Below, piece after piece: positions 10,432 through 23,838 of a DNA stretch of 64,000 nucleotides. Where the stretch lies: NCBI GenBank assembly GCA_030704615.1, contig CM060732.1, positions 64,418,001 through 64,482,000 on the forward strand. The letters are read 5' to 3'. The first letter of the stretch is position 1. Every line of letters begins with the position of its first letter. This DNA is from Takakia lepidozioides. Taxonomy: Eukaryota > Plantae > Bryophyta. The notes beneath the pieces are model-generated. The model was not told the DNA's origin. It saw only the letters and a program-made list of their open reading frames with translations, and ran no database searches. The translations under genes and the position numbers were made by a program.

Positions 10432-13400
10432 GATATAAACAAACACATGAGGAAGCAAATCAGCCTTGTATGCCAATTGTTTGTCCTCATCGGGTGCCAC
10501 CGCATGGCTATTGCCCTCCAAGAGCTCACCACCCCAAGCCACCACCCCTGAGAATGCAGCCAATGTGGGCATCATGTTCCTATGATCCACCGCTACATTC
10601 CCAATAAACCGCACTAGGAGCAGTGCACGCCGACCATCCCCTGACTGCCATTCCGGCCTGTAGGATGTCGTTTCCTCCCAAAAGTCCAAAGTAAAGCCCA
10701 TCGGGTATAACACAGCCCCACCAACAAGTACATCATAAGACATCGCGTCTGTAACAATGGCTTTAGCTCTCATGACAGAGCCATCTGTAGGATAATCTGG
10801 CAGCAATCGAATGAAGAGCTCATGGCGCGTAATCCCTTGTGTCTTCTTTGAACTGCCCAAAGATGTTTGAAATTGGAAAGGGCAAGGCTCCAAATCCGCC
10901 TCTGTAAGACCCAAGCCTGCAATTGCTGCTCTCCCCAACATCAATGGCTGTGCTCTCGAGTCCAACAAGACCCGCAGTGGCCTATACCTCCTCCCGGCTG
11001 GGCCACCCAACTGAAACACACCATCCTGATTGTCCACCAGGACTACCCCAGGAGTCACCATACTACGCTCAATGGCTGGTCTAGCTGACAACTCTTGCAA
11101 CCTTGCAGTTGTCGCTTGCCATGGCGCAGCTGTGGCTGTCTTCACCCTTGAATCCAGGGCATCCATGCACTGCACCTTATCATGCATCATCGCTCTCGCA
11201 GAGTCTAGCTGCTAGTCTGAACATAGCAGCTGACCGAATCCCTGGCATTGCAATGGTCATTGCAGAAAATAATGGAGCTTGGCAAACCGCCGTAGCCGCC
11301 CCCAACAATGTACTGGCTGCACCTCGCTTTGCTGCACCACCCACTGGCATTTACCGAGCCACACCAACTCTCCCCAATGACACTCGTGGCTCTACTTCTG
11401 GCACACTTGGGCGAGCGGGTGCCATCGATGACATAGTTGGCACTGTCTCAGCCAATGTGAAAGACTGTGGAAGCCTTGTCTGCCGACTTGCTTCCCCTCT
11501 TTGTGGATCAAAATCCACATCCGCTCCTCTTGGCTCAGGAGCACGCGTTGCTGCTCGAGTGACAACAGCTGCAGAGTCCACATGCAATGGTCCTGCAAGT
11601 GCGGCTCCACACATGAAGCCCATACCAATCTGGTCTTCTCTAGGCATAGGAGATTGTGCAGGTGGGGCTTGAACCTCAAGCCTTGGAGCTGGCGCAACAT
11701 GAGTAGTGGCCATGGCAGCAAGACGTTGCTCTAGCTGGGCAAGTCTATCCACCATGCTTTGGTCATGACCTTGACCCTGACCCTGTTCTTCTTGGTTTTG
11801 GTTACGTCCTCCACCCTGACCTCTGCCTCCTCTACCTCTCTGGACTACATTGCCTTGTCCTCGGCCACCATTGTTCCCTTGGAACTGGCCTGGCCGCAGT
11901 TCATGATGCAAGTTATAACAATGGGCCTCTTCATGCCCATACTTGCCACAATGCCCACATTGTAGTTGTGTAGGCTGTGCCTGTGCCGGCCCTTTGCCTC
12001 TTTCTGGGCAATCTCTCTTAACATGGGGTCCTCCACAATCCCAACATGTCACACCCGACTGTTATTGGCCTGAGAATGAAGGAAGTGACCTCTACAATTG
12101 AGATCCTCTCGGCCCTTCCCTGGGCTTCGCCTGAGCCCCCTTGTTGCCTTGAGCACGTTGGGCTAGTGGTTGTTGTTGGCTAGGAGCCCCACTTCGTTGT
12201 GTCTCCTGACCAAACCCCACCATGACCACTCACTCCTCCACCATATTGAGCTCTATCCGCTCTGCCAGCAAAAACACATTTGCTAAGGTGGGTTGATCCA
12301 CTTGTAGGAGAGTTGCATCCCGCACCCTTCTCCTCAGCTCCTTGTCAAGGATTCCATACCAGAACTAGACTGCCTGAGCTTCTGTAACCCCTTGGGTTAC
12401 GTTTATTAAGCGCCTCATGCGAGTGTAAGCCTCCCTCAAACTCTCGGCAGGCTTTCGTTGGAACTCTTGCAAACTCTGCAATTTCTCCGTCCTTATCCTT
12501 TAGTAGTTTCTCCTTAACTCCTCAAAGAACTCCACAACTGGGTTAAAAGCAGGCACGGGTGTTGGTACTGCAGCAGGAGCTTGGGTGGACTTCCCGGCTC
12601 CTGTTTCACTTGACGTCCCATTGCTGCTTGCGGAAGCTGCCGGTGTCACCACTGCCATTGTGCCTCTAGTGATAGAGACATAGTCAGGTGACCAATACAC
12701 CCACCATTCCTCAATCTCTACCTCATGTCCCCGCCTAAACTCATGGTAGTCATCCATGGGCGGCCCCTCAAGGTGCTGAAATAGCCCATTCCACGCCATA
12801 AAAGGCGTAAAAAGTTGTGGATTGCGCATCTGCTGCAAATCACATCAACTATCAAACTCCTGTATGAAATCATCAAGCTCGATGGTGCCCACAGCTCCAG
12901 AGTACCGACGTGGCCCCTTGGTAGCTCCATACATTTCCTCCATCATATCCCACAACAATGGCACGGAAATGGCTTGCACCCTCGGCGAGAATCCTCCTAA
13001 CTCTGAGTCTGAACCTTCATCAGAAGACACTGAAGGTGAAGGTGGCCTAAACCGCACACCTCGTCTTGTATACCCACTAGTATCACTGGTGCTCGTACCG
13101 GCACTCTCCTCAGCAACTGGTGGCACCTCCGTGATGAAAACTCACAACCACACTTGTTGTAAACTTGTCTCTAATCCCCCTTTCCACAAGGTAACCGGGT
13201 AGAGAACCTGTTGCGGCTTATGGCTTAGACTACTAGGTTCGTAACATAAACCTGCACCTGCATCCACCGCAAGCACTCATATGGTTTGTTGGTCATCAAC
13301 CCAGCCTCACCATAAGAGAAACAATGGCGGTCTGACTGGTCATCACCCCAGCCTCACCACCGATAGCATGCTCTAGGATTGGCCGGTGATCAAATCCGGA

Positions 13401-13620
13401 CCAACCTCCTATGAAAACAAGCGCCCACACAAAACAGACATGGCGCACAGTCAAGCATGCAGATGTGGGGGGGATCCAAACACAAGAAAATCAAAACAGT
13501 AACTCCCCCACACAAAAAAAAAACACTCCACAGTGTCGTTCCTGCAAGGACACCCCAGCCCAAACCCGGACTGACTCTTGCCTCCACCTACGGAAAGGTT
13601 TTGGCCTACATAGAGGGTGG
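10432..13620 (-). mobile_element. Truncated Ty3/Gypsy retrotransposon (leader, gag, aspartic protease), same family as the DNMT-carrying copy at 56-63 kb
   Basis: GATKGPRRYSGAVGTIELDDFIQEFDS, zinc knuckles CWDCGGPHVKRDC and CGHCGKYGHEEAHC, and protease VLLDSRAQ closely match the 59.4-62.5 kb copy. The leader 13250-13620 matches 62585-62940. The copy stops before the DNMT domain. Confidence 0.9.
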
Positions 13621-16040
13621 AAGACTATGAGGAAGAGAGACTAAAGCAATTCCTAATCCCAGAATGCTCTCATCCCACTAGTCTCCCCTTATCTCTAAAC
13701 GCTCTTGCTCATGACCAACAGACATAACTACCTTCCAGGGTCTCTCAAATAACTCTCCAAGAGCCCTCAAGATGTCTCTCAAACAATCTCACTAAGGCCC
13801 CCAAAGCCTGCCAAATCTTGGCCCTCAAGGACCCCCAAAAAGTCCTTCAGACAAGTTGCCAAAGACTCCTTAAGTTCGCCAAATATTAGCCTCCAATGAC
13901 CCCAAAATAGTCCTCCAAATAGTCCTCCAATTACCCCTTCAAAAGCTCTTCAAGTGTCTTACCAAAAGCTCCTCAAAGGACCTCCCAAAGTTCCTCCAAA
14001 GGCAATACTCCTCCAGATACACCCTAGATGTCATATTCTTTTAATGAAAACGTATGGTAGGCAAAGTCTCTCCACTTGTATCCATACACTGTTCACAAAA
14101 GAGTATGGTGGGGCAGAGGGAGCCCATACACTGTTTACAAAAACGTATGTTGGGCAGAGGGGGGCCATACTTTGTTCACAAAAGAGTATGTTGGGCAGAG
14201 GGGTTCCATACACTGTTCAAAAAAGAGTATGATGGGCAGAGGGAGCCCATACGCAGTTTCTTGAAGAGTATGGAGACTAGGGTTTGTAGAGTATAGTAAG
14301 AAACACCTTCTTCATGGTATCTTCCCCCCTAACATGCATGCAAGATTGCATTATCTTACTTTGCAATGCATTCATCCCAAATTGACAAGTTCCTCTTGAT
14401 CTCCTTGGAACTCATAGCAAGCTAATGTGCCCAATGACAAGCGCCAAGCCTTGCTTGAATTTGAATTTTGTATGCCATCTTCCATGTGCTTTCCCTTGCA
14501 TTGGCTAGTCACACACACTTCCACCTCTTGACCTAGGTATTCTCTTCATTCATCATAATGTGTATCCACACCTCTATTCAAGAGCTCAACTTCTCAAACT
14601 TGAAGTCATAAGCCCTAAAGAGCATGCTCCACTTAAGCATCACTTGCTTGATCAACCATCCACCACAAAACTTAAGCAAAAAGGGAATGAATACATGAGC
14701 TTCACCTTCCCCTTCCTTGTCTTGTCACATGCTAATGTATGGTTGAAGTTGCTATGCATGCCGTGAGCCACATCACTCCCATACACGACAACTACACAGA
14801 ACCCACAAATCTCCAGGACTTTACGAATTCTCCAATTTGTTGGAGACAATCACCGACCTCCAATGATCTCCCACATGTGCTCCAAGCTCTTCAATACTCT
14901 AGACTTGGTTTCACATCATCATGGCACCCACATGCTTCCCTTTGGAGTCATCTTGAGCTTCTTGATGCTCTCCAAGTGGTTGCTTTTGTTGTCTTCAAGC
15001 CCTAGCCTATGTAGCTCCTTGGCTTTTCTTCCACAACATGCACCACCTCATACACAAGGAATGACCTTGCTCACTTCACCTTCTAGCTCTCCTCAAGCTT
15101 GAATTGGAAGCCACACTTGGAAAGCATGCTCCACACATGCGCCACTTGCTTGGACAATCACTTGCTTCACCAAGAGCAAGCCAAGAACTCATAGAACTAG
15201 CAAAAGTACTCCCTTCTAGCGCTGCCTTCGCTTGCTTGTTTGTCAACCAAATGAAACCCTACTTGGCTTCATTTCACCATGGATAGAACAACCACTTCTT
15301 AGCTTCTCTTGAGCTACTCAATGCTCCTCAAACTACTCTTGTTGTACTCCTTCTATGGTGTTTCCAACCCAAACATGTGCCACTCTTCGGCTTCTCTTTC
15401 ACACCATGAACAAGTACTAGAGCTTGCTCTTGAAACCCTAGTGTTTATCTTCTCCACACACAAGACGCTTCTTTTGTGATGCAAGAGCTCTTTTCCAAGC
15501 TCTCCACCTCTATAGAGCAAAATAATGCTTCTCAAACCCTAACATCCATGTTCTCCACGCCAGAAGGATTTTCCTTTGCAACACCTGCAATACCTTGCAA
15601 CATAAGAGCTCTTTACCAAGCTCTCTCCAACACACAAGTGCTAAACTAACCCTTACACTCCGCACTCACAAGCATAAGGAGATCTTCTTATAGTGATAAT
15701 GGAAGTGAACACACAATGGAAACACTCCACTCATTAATCCACTCAATCACATAAACTAAGTCAAGCCAAGGGCACCTTTGCTAAAGGAATCCACCCTACA
15801 AAGCCCTCACCACACTCCTTCTCAATACCTAGAGCTATGGAGGTGGGAGAGGCTCATGGAGGCTCAACTACAAGAAGATGAGCCCTCCTCAACACTCACA
15901 AGAGGAAAACCCATCCCCATGTCCCAAGTGAGGTTTGATACCTCACTTGGCATGTGAGACCAAATGAAGTCCCAACACACAAAATGCAAATATAAATATC
16001 CAAAATGTCCTAATTAACTAGAAGTAGGTAATTCTAGTTA
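13620..16040. mobile_element. Highly degenerate LTR-retrotransposon-like sequence
   Basis: Strong C-rich/G-poor strand skew, CpG depletion and broken ORFs, located between two Gypsy fragments. No intact motif. Confidence 0.35.
14083..14252. repeat. Four tandem 41-42 bp units
   Basis: CATACACTGTTCACAAAAGAGTATG.TGGGCAGAGGG..C at 14083, 14125, 14166 and 14207. Confidence 0.9.
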
Positions 16041-16059
16041 ACCATGACTAAGACCATGA

Positions 16060-16775
16060 CAGTCGTGAGAGTCGGAACGGCTGATCTGGTAGTTGGGTAA
16101 GGGACAACTCCAATGTATCTGGTTCTTGTGTCTCCATGCTGCCAATACAAGATGCAAGAGTGCTGGAAGTGTAGCTATATATACTGATGTGTGGTGCTCC
16201 TCCTTCCTGCGTGTATCAGGTACATTGAATGTGGAGTCTTCTCTTTGAAGCTAACTTGGCTGACATCATCGTTGTGACGTCTCATTGACGTGTAGCTTGG
16301 GGCTTAGCTGGATATCGTTGATGAAACTCTTGGACTTTGTTAGATGCATTGGCGAGGTTGGATAAAGGTTCATATGTTTGTTCGCTGATGTCGTAGCCTT
16401 TCTAATGTACAAAATACTCGAGACGTTTATACTTGATGCGAGAGTCTAGGACTTCGTCGACTTCATACTCAATTTCCTGATTGACTTCGATTGGTGGAGG
16501 TGGTACGGAAACTCTCCCTGGAATATTCGATGGATGATACAACTCCAATAATGAAACATGAAAGACTTGATGGATGTGCATACTTCGTGGGAGTTCAAGC
16601 CAAAAACTGACCGGATTTATTTGTCGAATAATTTTGAATGGTCCCAGGCGTTGATAATCCAACTTCATTGATGGTCGCGAGGTTTGTATGTCCCATCAAA
16701 GAAGCCACACACGATCTCCGACCTTGAACTGGGGTTGGAGTTGGCGACGTTGATCTGCAAGTTCCTTGTGTTGCA
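16060..16775 (-). mobile_element. Ty3/Gypsy chromovirus 3' fragment (integrase C-terminus, chromodomain, LTR-like tail)
   Basis: [28 protein letters not shown], then [11 protein letters not shown]...YFVH*KGY...YEP (chromodomain). The downstream segment contains TATATA. Confidence 0.85.
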
Positions 16776-17555
16776 AAGCGTATTCTTGCTCAAGTATGCT
16801 CTGCCTCGTCCTGTGAGCGGAACTGGAGCAGTTACTCGTTTGTTCACAACAAGATTCGCAACAGGTTGAATCTTGCCAGGGCTGACAAATTGGTTTATGT
16901 CTACACGAATTGTAGGCTACTGCGAGAGATGACAGCAAGTGACGCATCTGCATGGTACGAGAATAATCTGTTGTCTGAAAAATCTGTCCAATCTACCAGC
17001 AATGATGACACCGACGCCGCGAGGGACTCCGACTCCGACGGTTGGGATGGGTCCGATGATGTTGGCAATCCTCCACATGACCCATATGAATTTAATGACG
17101 ATGATGCTGTAATGCATCCATCGTTCGATGACCTTGTTGTTGATGAACTGCGACATGGTGTCATCCCAATTGCGGACCCCCCCCCCCCCCCCCCCCCCCC
17201 AGCGGAGCACACTCTCAACAATGAAGTTGAGGTCAACTCTCCCCCACCAGGAGTTCCACGGACTGCGGGAGATGTGCAGGTCGAATCGTCGGATGATGAC
17301 AACCAGCCGTTGTCATTCCTTCACCGACATCGTGCCCATGTGAACCGTGCTTCATCTCACGCCGCTCCATCTCATGTTTCTCTTTCTCAAGCGGGTCCAT
17401 CCCATGCTGGTCCATCTAATCTCTCTCCGCCTCATGTAATTCCTTCTATCGCTACTCCGATCCTGGGAGATGCTTCTTCTGCTGCGAGACTTCTGCAAGT
17501 GCCTAACAGCAGACTGGTGGGGATTGGCGGGGTCTGGGTTGTAATTGGATTTTAA
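16768..17555 (+). mobile_element. hAT transposase 3' fragment (C-terminal dimerisation domain plus acidic/Pro tail)
   Basis: In frame with ORF 16866: AKRILAQVCSASSCERNWSSYSFVHNKIRNRLNLARADKLVYVYTN. Confidence 0.9.
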
Positions 17556-19268
17556 TAATATTCCATGCAGATAAAACATGAAGTTGGATGCATGCAAGCC
17601 AAAATAAGAAATACCATCACATTTGTGGTGTGCAATTGGTAGTAATTGTCTGCAATCATCTCAAGGTGGAGAGTTATAGTTAGGTCTTATGTCACTCAAA
17701 AAACATCCGCGGGAATATGGGTTCTTCTATCGTTAGGCTGCACGGTTATAGGTCTTCTGAAATTCAATATGTAATTCGCGGGAATATGAGGTTTTTTCAT
17801 TCTTGATCGTATGCTCACCTTTGCAAGCTAGCAGCTCTCAAGCTCACACATCTAAGCTGACAAAATAGCATTCATGCTCGTCCTGTAGGGGTTAAGGTCG
17901 AAAATATTCAATAATCTCAACCAAAATCATTATCATCATCAAAACGACAACTTACAGATTGAAAGATTCTCTTACATTACTATTTTGTATGCGACCTGAG
18001 AGAGGATAATATAGATTCAACACATATATTTAGAGCGACATCTCCGACCAAAGTCAGTCTATCTAAGAGTCACTACACCTTGTGGCTGCTTGTCGGGGCT
18101 TGGCCCTACATATATCAACTATCTTGAACAAACAAAAGCAGAATTGGCTAACGACTTTGCCAAGCCAGCCAATGGAGAATTACAATTTTTGTCTGGTTCT
18201 TAAATCACTATATATTGGCTTGCCAATCCTGAATGACTTGGAGTTTGCATTATTTTTCTTCTTGAGCGTAATATCCGACTCCAAGACTCAACCATGGCTT
18301 TCACCGTTAGGTTTGCTGCTCTAATCCGATCAATGCTCCAAAGGCTCTAGCATGTTCAGTTTTTTCACTCGACTTATGGCGGTATTTCTTTTCGAGGAGA
18401 AAACAAGGACCCACGAGCCGCAAAAATCAAAGATGTCCCAAAACAAGCTAACACAAAATGAAGCTAGCAACACAAAGAGAGAACTACCCCGGAGGCCTTT
18501 CAATTTTTTATTTTATTTTATAATAAATCTTATTAGGAAAATTAGGAAAATATAATTCGTAAGGGCTTCATCCCCTTTTCTTTAAAAAAAAAAGGGAAAA
18601 ATATTCCCCTTCTCCAAGGAAAAAAAAAAACCCCAATCCATGGATGGATTATAGGCTTACTCCTGGGTTTCATCCGGTAGCATGTATCCCGGGCCGCCGG
18701 GCGATTCGGTGGGTCCAGAAGGCCAGACTCCCGAAGATTCAGGCGGTCCCTCTGCCCGTCGCTTACCGCAATAAAGGACCGGCGAGTACAGTCTTAATGA
18801 ATCTGCGGTACGTATGTACCGTCAACATACGAAGCTCTATTAACATACGTATTATTATACACATGTGAGAAGGCTTGTATAACGGAGTGAACGGGGTTCG
18901 ACACTCAGTACGTACAAGCGCCTACTGCAAATACACTGGAATAAGCAGTTATTCTTCCGAGCGGAAATGCAAGTGAGATTTTCGAAAATCTCACTTGCAA
19001 GTAAGATATCTTCGCCGAGAGTTTCCGTCCGTTGACAGGACGGTGACTGGGCGTCCGTCCCTTGCGACTGGGCGGAACCGACGGAAAAGGGTCCGTGCAT
19101 TTCAGTCGGTGGGTGTCTAGTGTCTACTCTTCGCCTGCCTGTCTCTTCTGTCCTGTCTGTGTGTGTGTGTCTGCAGGGCCCTCTGAGTTTGATTGCGAGC
19201 TCGGTGGAGTGTGTGATGGAAGATTTAAGTTGGGGGTCCTAGATCTGGAGGTGAAGGCAGAGCACACC

Positions 19269-22200
19269 ATGGCGAAAGGCCATGCGGAGGGCGACGGATT
19301 CAGGGCGTGCACAGTTTGCACCAGTGCTTGTTTTATCGCACATAGGGAAGGGAAGGGGAAGCCGAGGGCGGGTTTGTATCCATCGTTTGTCAAGACAATT
19401 GCAGATTCTTCGGTGCACACCACCCAGCAGGCTAATCTGGTACGTGCTTGTCATTTTCATGTCACAGATAGAAAGGGCCTCTCCATCTGTTAGCATCTGC
19501 TTCTGGGAGTGATTTCGTTCAGAGACATCTGAATCTCGAAATGCTGAGTTTTTTCGGTCGAGGGTTAGGAGCTCCTTGGCTAGTAGGATAGCTAAAGAAT
19601 TCCATGCTCATTCCCATGCAAGTCTTCAAGGGCCGCTGCTTACTGAAAACGCTTGCGGCCTCTGTTTCAGCAACTGCCGAGGGCATTCTTGAAGTTGTAC
19701 ACTCCTCAAGGGAAAGAGACGATAAATCTTGAAGGACCCAGTGGGTGCAAATGGCCTGTGACCTTCAGAAACGGGGGCTTCTTTGGTGGATGGAAGGCGT
19801 TTGCAGTAGACCATGATCTGGAGAAGGGAGACCAGCTTGTCTTCTTTCTGACTGCAGACTCGCACTTCATCATCCAAGTGTATGACAAGCATGGTTGCGA
19901 GAAAGCTAGCTCTTACCAAGCAACCAACAGTGGCCTCTATGCTGGGAGGGGCTGGTACAGGAAATATAATAAAAAGCGAAAGCTGAGAGAAGAAGAGTGG
20001 GTACCCTCTGGTCCAGCAAAAAGGTTTCATTCCCAGGCATTGAGGAATTTCAAGGAAAGTGGCCCTCGAACGTTGTTGCCAGGTCGCAAATCCGTTAGCA
20101 AGATGTTCAGGAGTGGATTGTGGGAACGAGGGACGGAGAGCAGAGCACGCTTCTCTGCAGAGGAAGCCGATGGGGTTCCTCCTTTGCTTCTGCAAGAGGA
20201 GAGCATTCGTGTCAAAGGCGAGAAAACTCCACAATTCTGGGTGAGAGTTTGCACTACTGGATTGCATTCTTCCTGCCCATCTCCTGATCACTTGCAGGCT
20301 TTTGTGGTGCTAGATCGTGAGGGTGAAAACATGTTAAAGAAACAAAGTACACTCTTGAATAGGGGAGCATGGACTACGACCCTTCACCCTCTAACCATGA
20401 ATCTGTTCAGCCCTGGTCATTGATCAGGTACTGCATGTAGACAGCTCCAATCATTATGAAGAACTCAGATGAATGATGGAGCTTATCGTGAGATGTGGAA
20501 TATGCAGTGATACCAAAGGATTTCTTATGCATGGGCCAGTGTAGTGGTTGGTCGTTGAACCTGGGAAATTGTCCAGAATGTTTTTGTTCAGAAACTTGTA
20601 TGATTTTGCTGAGTGCAGGGAAATTGTGTTGGTTTGAGGGCAGCAGCTGCCCCCATATGCCTCCCATCATCTGCGAAGCGAAACTTAGCACGGATTTGTG
20701 CCAGAGCTGCCATAGCCAAGGCCAGATGGTCAAAGTTGTCGGAGAATTCTAGGCCCAACGCACAAAGACTTCAATTTGTGTGGAGGATGAGCCATGGCCC
20801 TTTACAGATCATGGAGAGCCATTACGAGGATAGGGTCAGTTCAGGGACGGGGGACAAAATTAGTCCGGCTGAGAGGTATTGGATGGAGGGTGAAAGAGGT
20901 TCACAGAATGATGATGGAGAGAGTGGAAATGGGAGAGGCAGGGATGCGACGTTTATGTATCGCGGCCATCGTCTCTGGAAGAGCAAAGGTCTTGGTTGCA
21001 CTGACAGAGGGAGCATGGCAAACCATCATCAGCTCCATAGCAGGCGTGCTGCAGATGCTGTGGGCACCGGAAAGAGAGGTAGGCCGCGAAAACAGCTCAG
21101 AGAGCGGGAAACAGAAGGGTTTGCAGAGCAAAAGATGCCCGTTAATCGTATGGGAGGGAGGCCCAGGTTAGAATGGAAAGGTGGGGTGAAGCACCAGATT
21201 CCCAACAAAAAGAGGGAAGGGAGCCTCGCAGCACAACAAAACATCGCAGGCAAGTGGAGTGAAAGAGAGGAGAAGAGAGACGTTTGGGTTTCTCAAAGAC
21301 GTCCTGTGTCACAGGAAGAGAAACTGAATGCCCTTCGCACCGCACGCTCCTATGCAGCAGAGACCAGAAAAACGAGTGGACTTGTGGTTATGCGACAGTC
21401 GTTTGTGTACAGAAACTTTGTTGTTGTAAGTATTCTCCCCTTCTAATTTGTTCATAAGGCAGAGAGAGCATGCATTCACTTGCTGTGGTGCCTCATGCCA
21501 TGTAAGTTTATACTCCCAAGTTCTTGAACTGCACCTTGTTTATTTCAATTGGGTAGCACGGCCAACATGATCGCCCAGACTCTGGTATGGTAGTTATGGA
21601 CCCACGTGTGGATTTTTCCTAGTTGCAAGCACTTGATGCTGTATTTCACTTCAAGTTGCAACCTGCCTTTTCATGGTGGTACTGTCGGCATTGTGCCATG
21701 ACCTTAACTTGCTAGTTGTGTTTTCTTTCGTACTCGCCTTACTCACTTGAAATTGAGTGTTCCTCACAAACCTATTGGGGGCATTTCATTGAGCTAATTG
21801 GAGGAGTCTTTTGCATCCTTCCCTTTCCTCAAGGTTACAATTTAGAAGGAAAGTCTCCAAACACAAAAACCCCCATCCTCATCGTTCAACAGCTATGCTG
21901 TGAAGAAAAGGATCCAAATCTGAACAGCTCCTCACAGGTAATAAGGTTTGGAAACCTTAAAGTTCACCATCTTTCAGTGTCTTAGGGTGGGAGGTTCCAC
22001 TGCTAGGGTGATTCCTTCCTCCTCTTTTATTCCAGCTCACCCCCACTTCTCCTTGCCCTAGTTTCTTTTTAAGGTAATTCTCCTTTGGTAGTGCCTGCTG
22101 CTAGAACCTTTGGTATAGAGCTTCATGCGCTAGTCTTTTTTATGTCCCTCGACAGGTTCTATTTCAGTCTTAGAGATATCCAATTCATAACCTTTTCCAT

Positions 22201-23838
22201 GCTCCTGATCAAAACGAAGTTCCATGAAGCATCTTGGTATAGGTAGAGATCTACTTGTCTCTATGTTTGAATCTTCTCACATGGACAAGATCAGTCTCAC
22301 CTCTATCCTGACGCTTCCTGTTGTTTTACATTGTCTCCCTATCCCTTAAAGGAAGGTGTGGGTCCTTCGCTTTGTAGCTTGGAAGCATGTCAAAACTTGA
22401 AGCCAACATGGTTCAACTACTTGTTGAAGTGGACGTACCTTCGGATAATTAGCTGGGTATTGAAGGATTGTTCCAGAACTAGTTGAAGTTGTACAATACT
22501 TCAACTTCCCCTAGATCAGCTAAAGCAAAACAAGTTACCCCAAGTTTTTGACTCATGTTTCTTAGTCATAGATATAACTTGCCCCTAATCATAAATTGCG
22601 CTAAACTGTGAAGACCTATGGCTGAAAAGCAGAGATGAATTAAACTCCATGGATAATCTTCCTAATTTTGAAGTTACTGAAGCTAAGAATTTGACTATTT
22701 TGTTGGCTTCTTATCTGTGGCAAATCTGTCTTTAAGCAATCTATTGGGATTCCAATGGGTAAGATTTTTGTGGTTGTGCTAATTTCTATCTCTTTACATA
22801 TGAGTTTGAGCATGGAACTCTTGATTGACCTTGGGACCTGCCCAGGACCCTCTGTCAGTAACTGAAGAAGTCAGTGGGGAGTTATATAAGAACTGGTTCC
22901 TGTCATGATATAGGACGTAGTTTATGGTCTCGTTCTCTTGGGTTGATCCTTAAAGTGATGGGACGGCATTCTTTCTGGTTCCCTTGTTGTTGTTTATCTT
23001 CCCTGACTTTTGTCATGAGCCTTCGTTTTCATCTCATGTGCTCTTCTTTGATCTTTGGTTACCTCTAAGATGTGAGTCTAGAAGTTTACTAGGTTCTCAC
23101 ATGGACATATGTATTGAGTGCAAGTGATGTCTCAAAGAGCAAGCTGAAGTGGTCAGGTGTGCCTAACATTGGTTGGAGCTATTCCTCTTATTTGCCTCAT
23201 CAAGGAAGTGCCTGTCCATGAAAATGTTTCTCACTCCTATGCAGGGATTTCCAAAGAAATTTTCCAGGGACCATTTACCAACAAATGAGATGGTAGTGAG
23301 TATAGTGGATGCAGCTGGCAAATCATGGCGAGCCAAATGGAATCCAAAGCATCAATACTTGTTTGGTAAAGGCTGGAGACACTTTGCCCTTGACCACTGC
23401 CTAGAGGAAGACGACGCATGTGTTTTTGAAGTGATTGACAACAGCAAGGAACTCCTTGTTCTATCAGTTCGCATCTTCCGTGTTGTCGAAATTGCCGATG
23501 GTGTCACTGGCTGGCAAGCTCATTTAAGGCCATCCTCAGGTTTTGTTGACAGACGCATCACTGATGGAGGGGGGGCTTCTGATGAGGCTGTCAAACTGGA
23601 GGCACCAGAGCCTGCACAGGAGGAGAAAAAAATACAGCGTGTATACTATGTGGTTCAAGAATTGTTAAACCGTCGGGAAGGAAAGAATGGGTTGGAGTTC
23701 CTTGTGAACCTCAATGGAAATGAAATGAAGGTTGGGAGAAAGGGGATGGAACAGGATCTTGCTGGAAATTGGTGGATTCCTGAGTCCTACTTCAACCCGG
23801 ATTTCACCCAGTGCTTCATGGAGTACTTCACGGACTAA
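19269..23838 (+). CDS. B3-domain (REM-like) protein with two B3 domains, an AT-hook and a C-terminal chromo-like domain, ~713 aa, 4 exons
   Basis: Exons 19269-19439, 19671-20240, 20619-21425 and 23245-23838 join in frame through GT-AG introns. Motifs: GWKAFAVDHDLEKGDQLVF, GWRHFALDHCLEEDDACVFE and KRGRPRK. Confidence 0.85.

Noticed and set aside
18655-18795. MITE with terminal inverted repeats
   Set aside because: The inverted similarity is too gapped and no TSD is evident.
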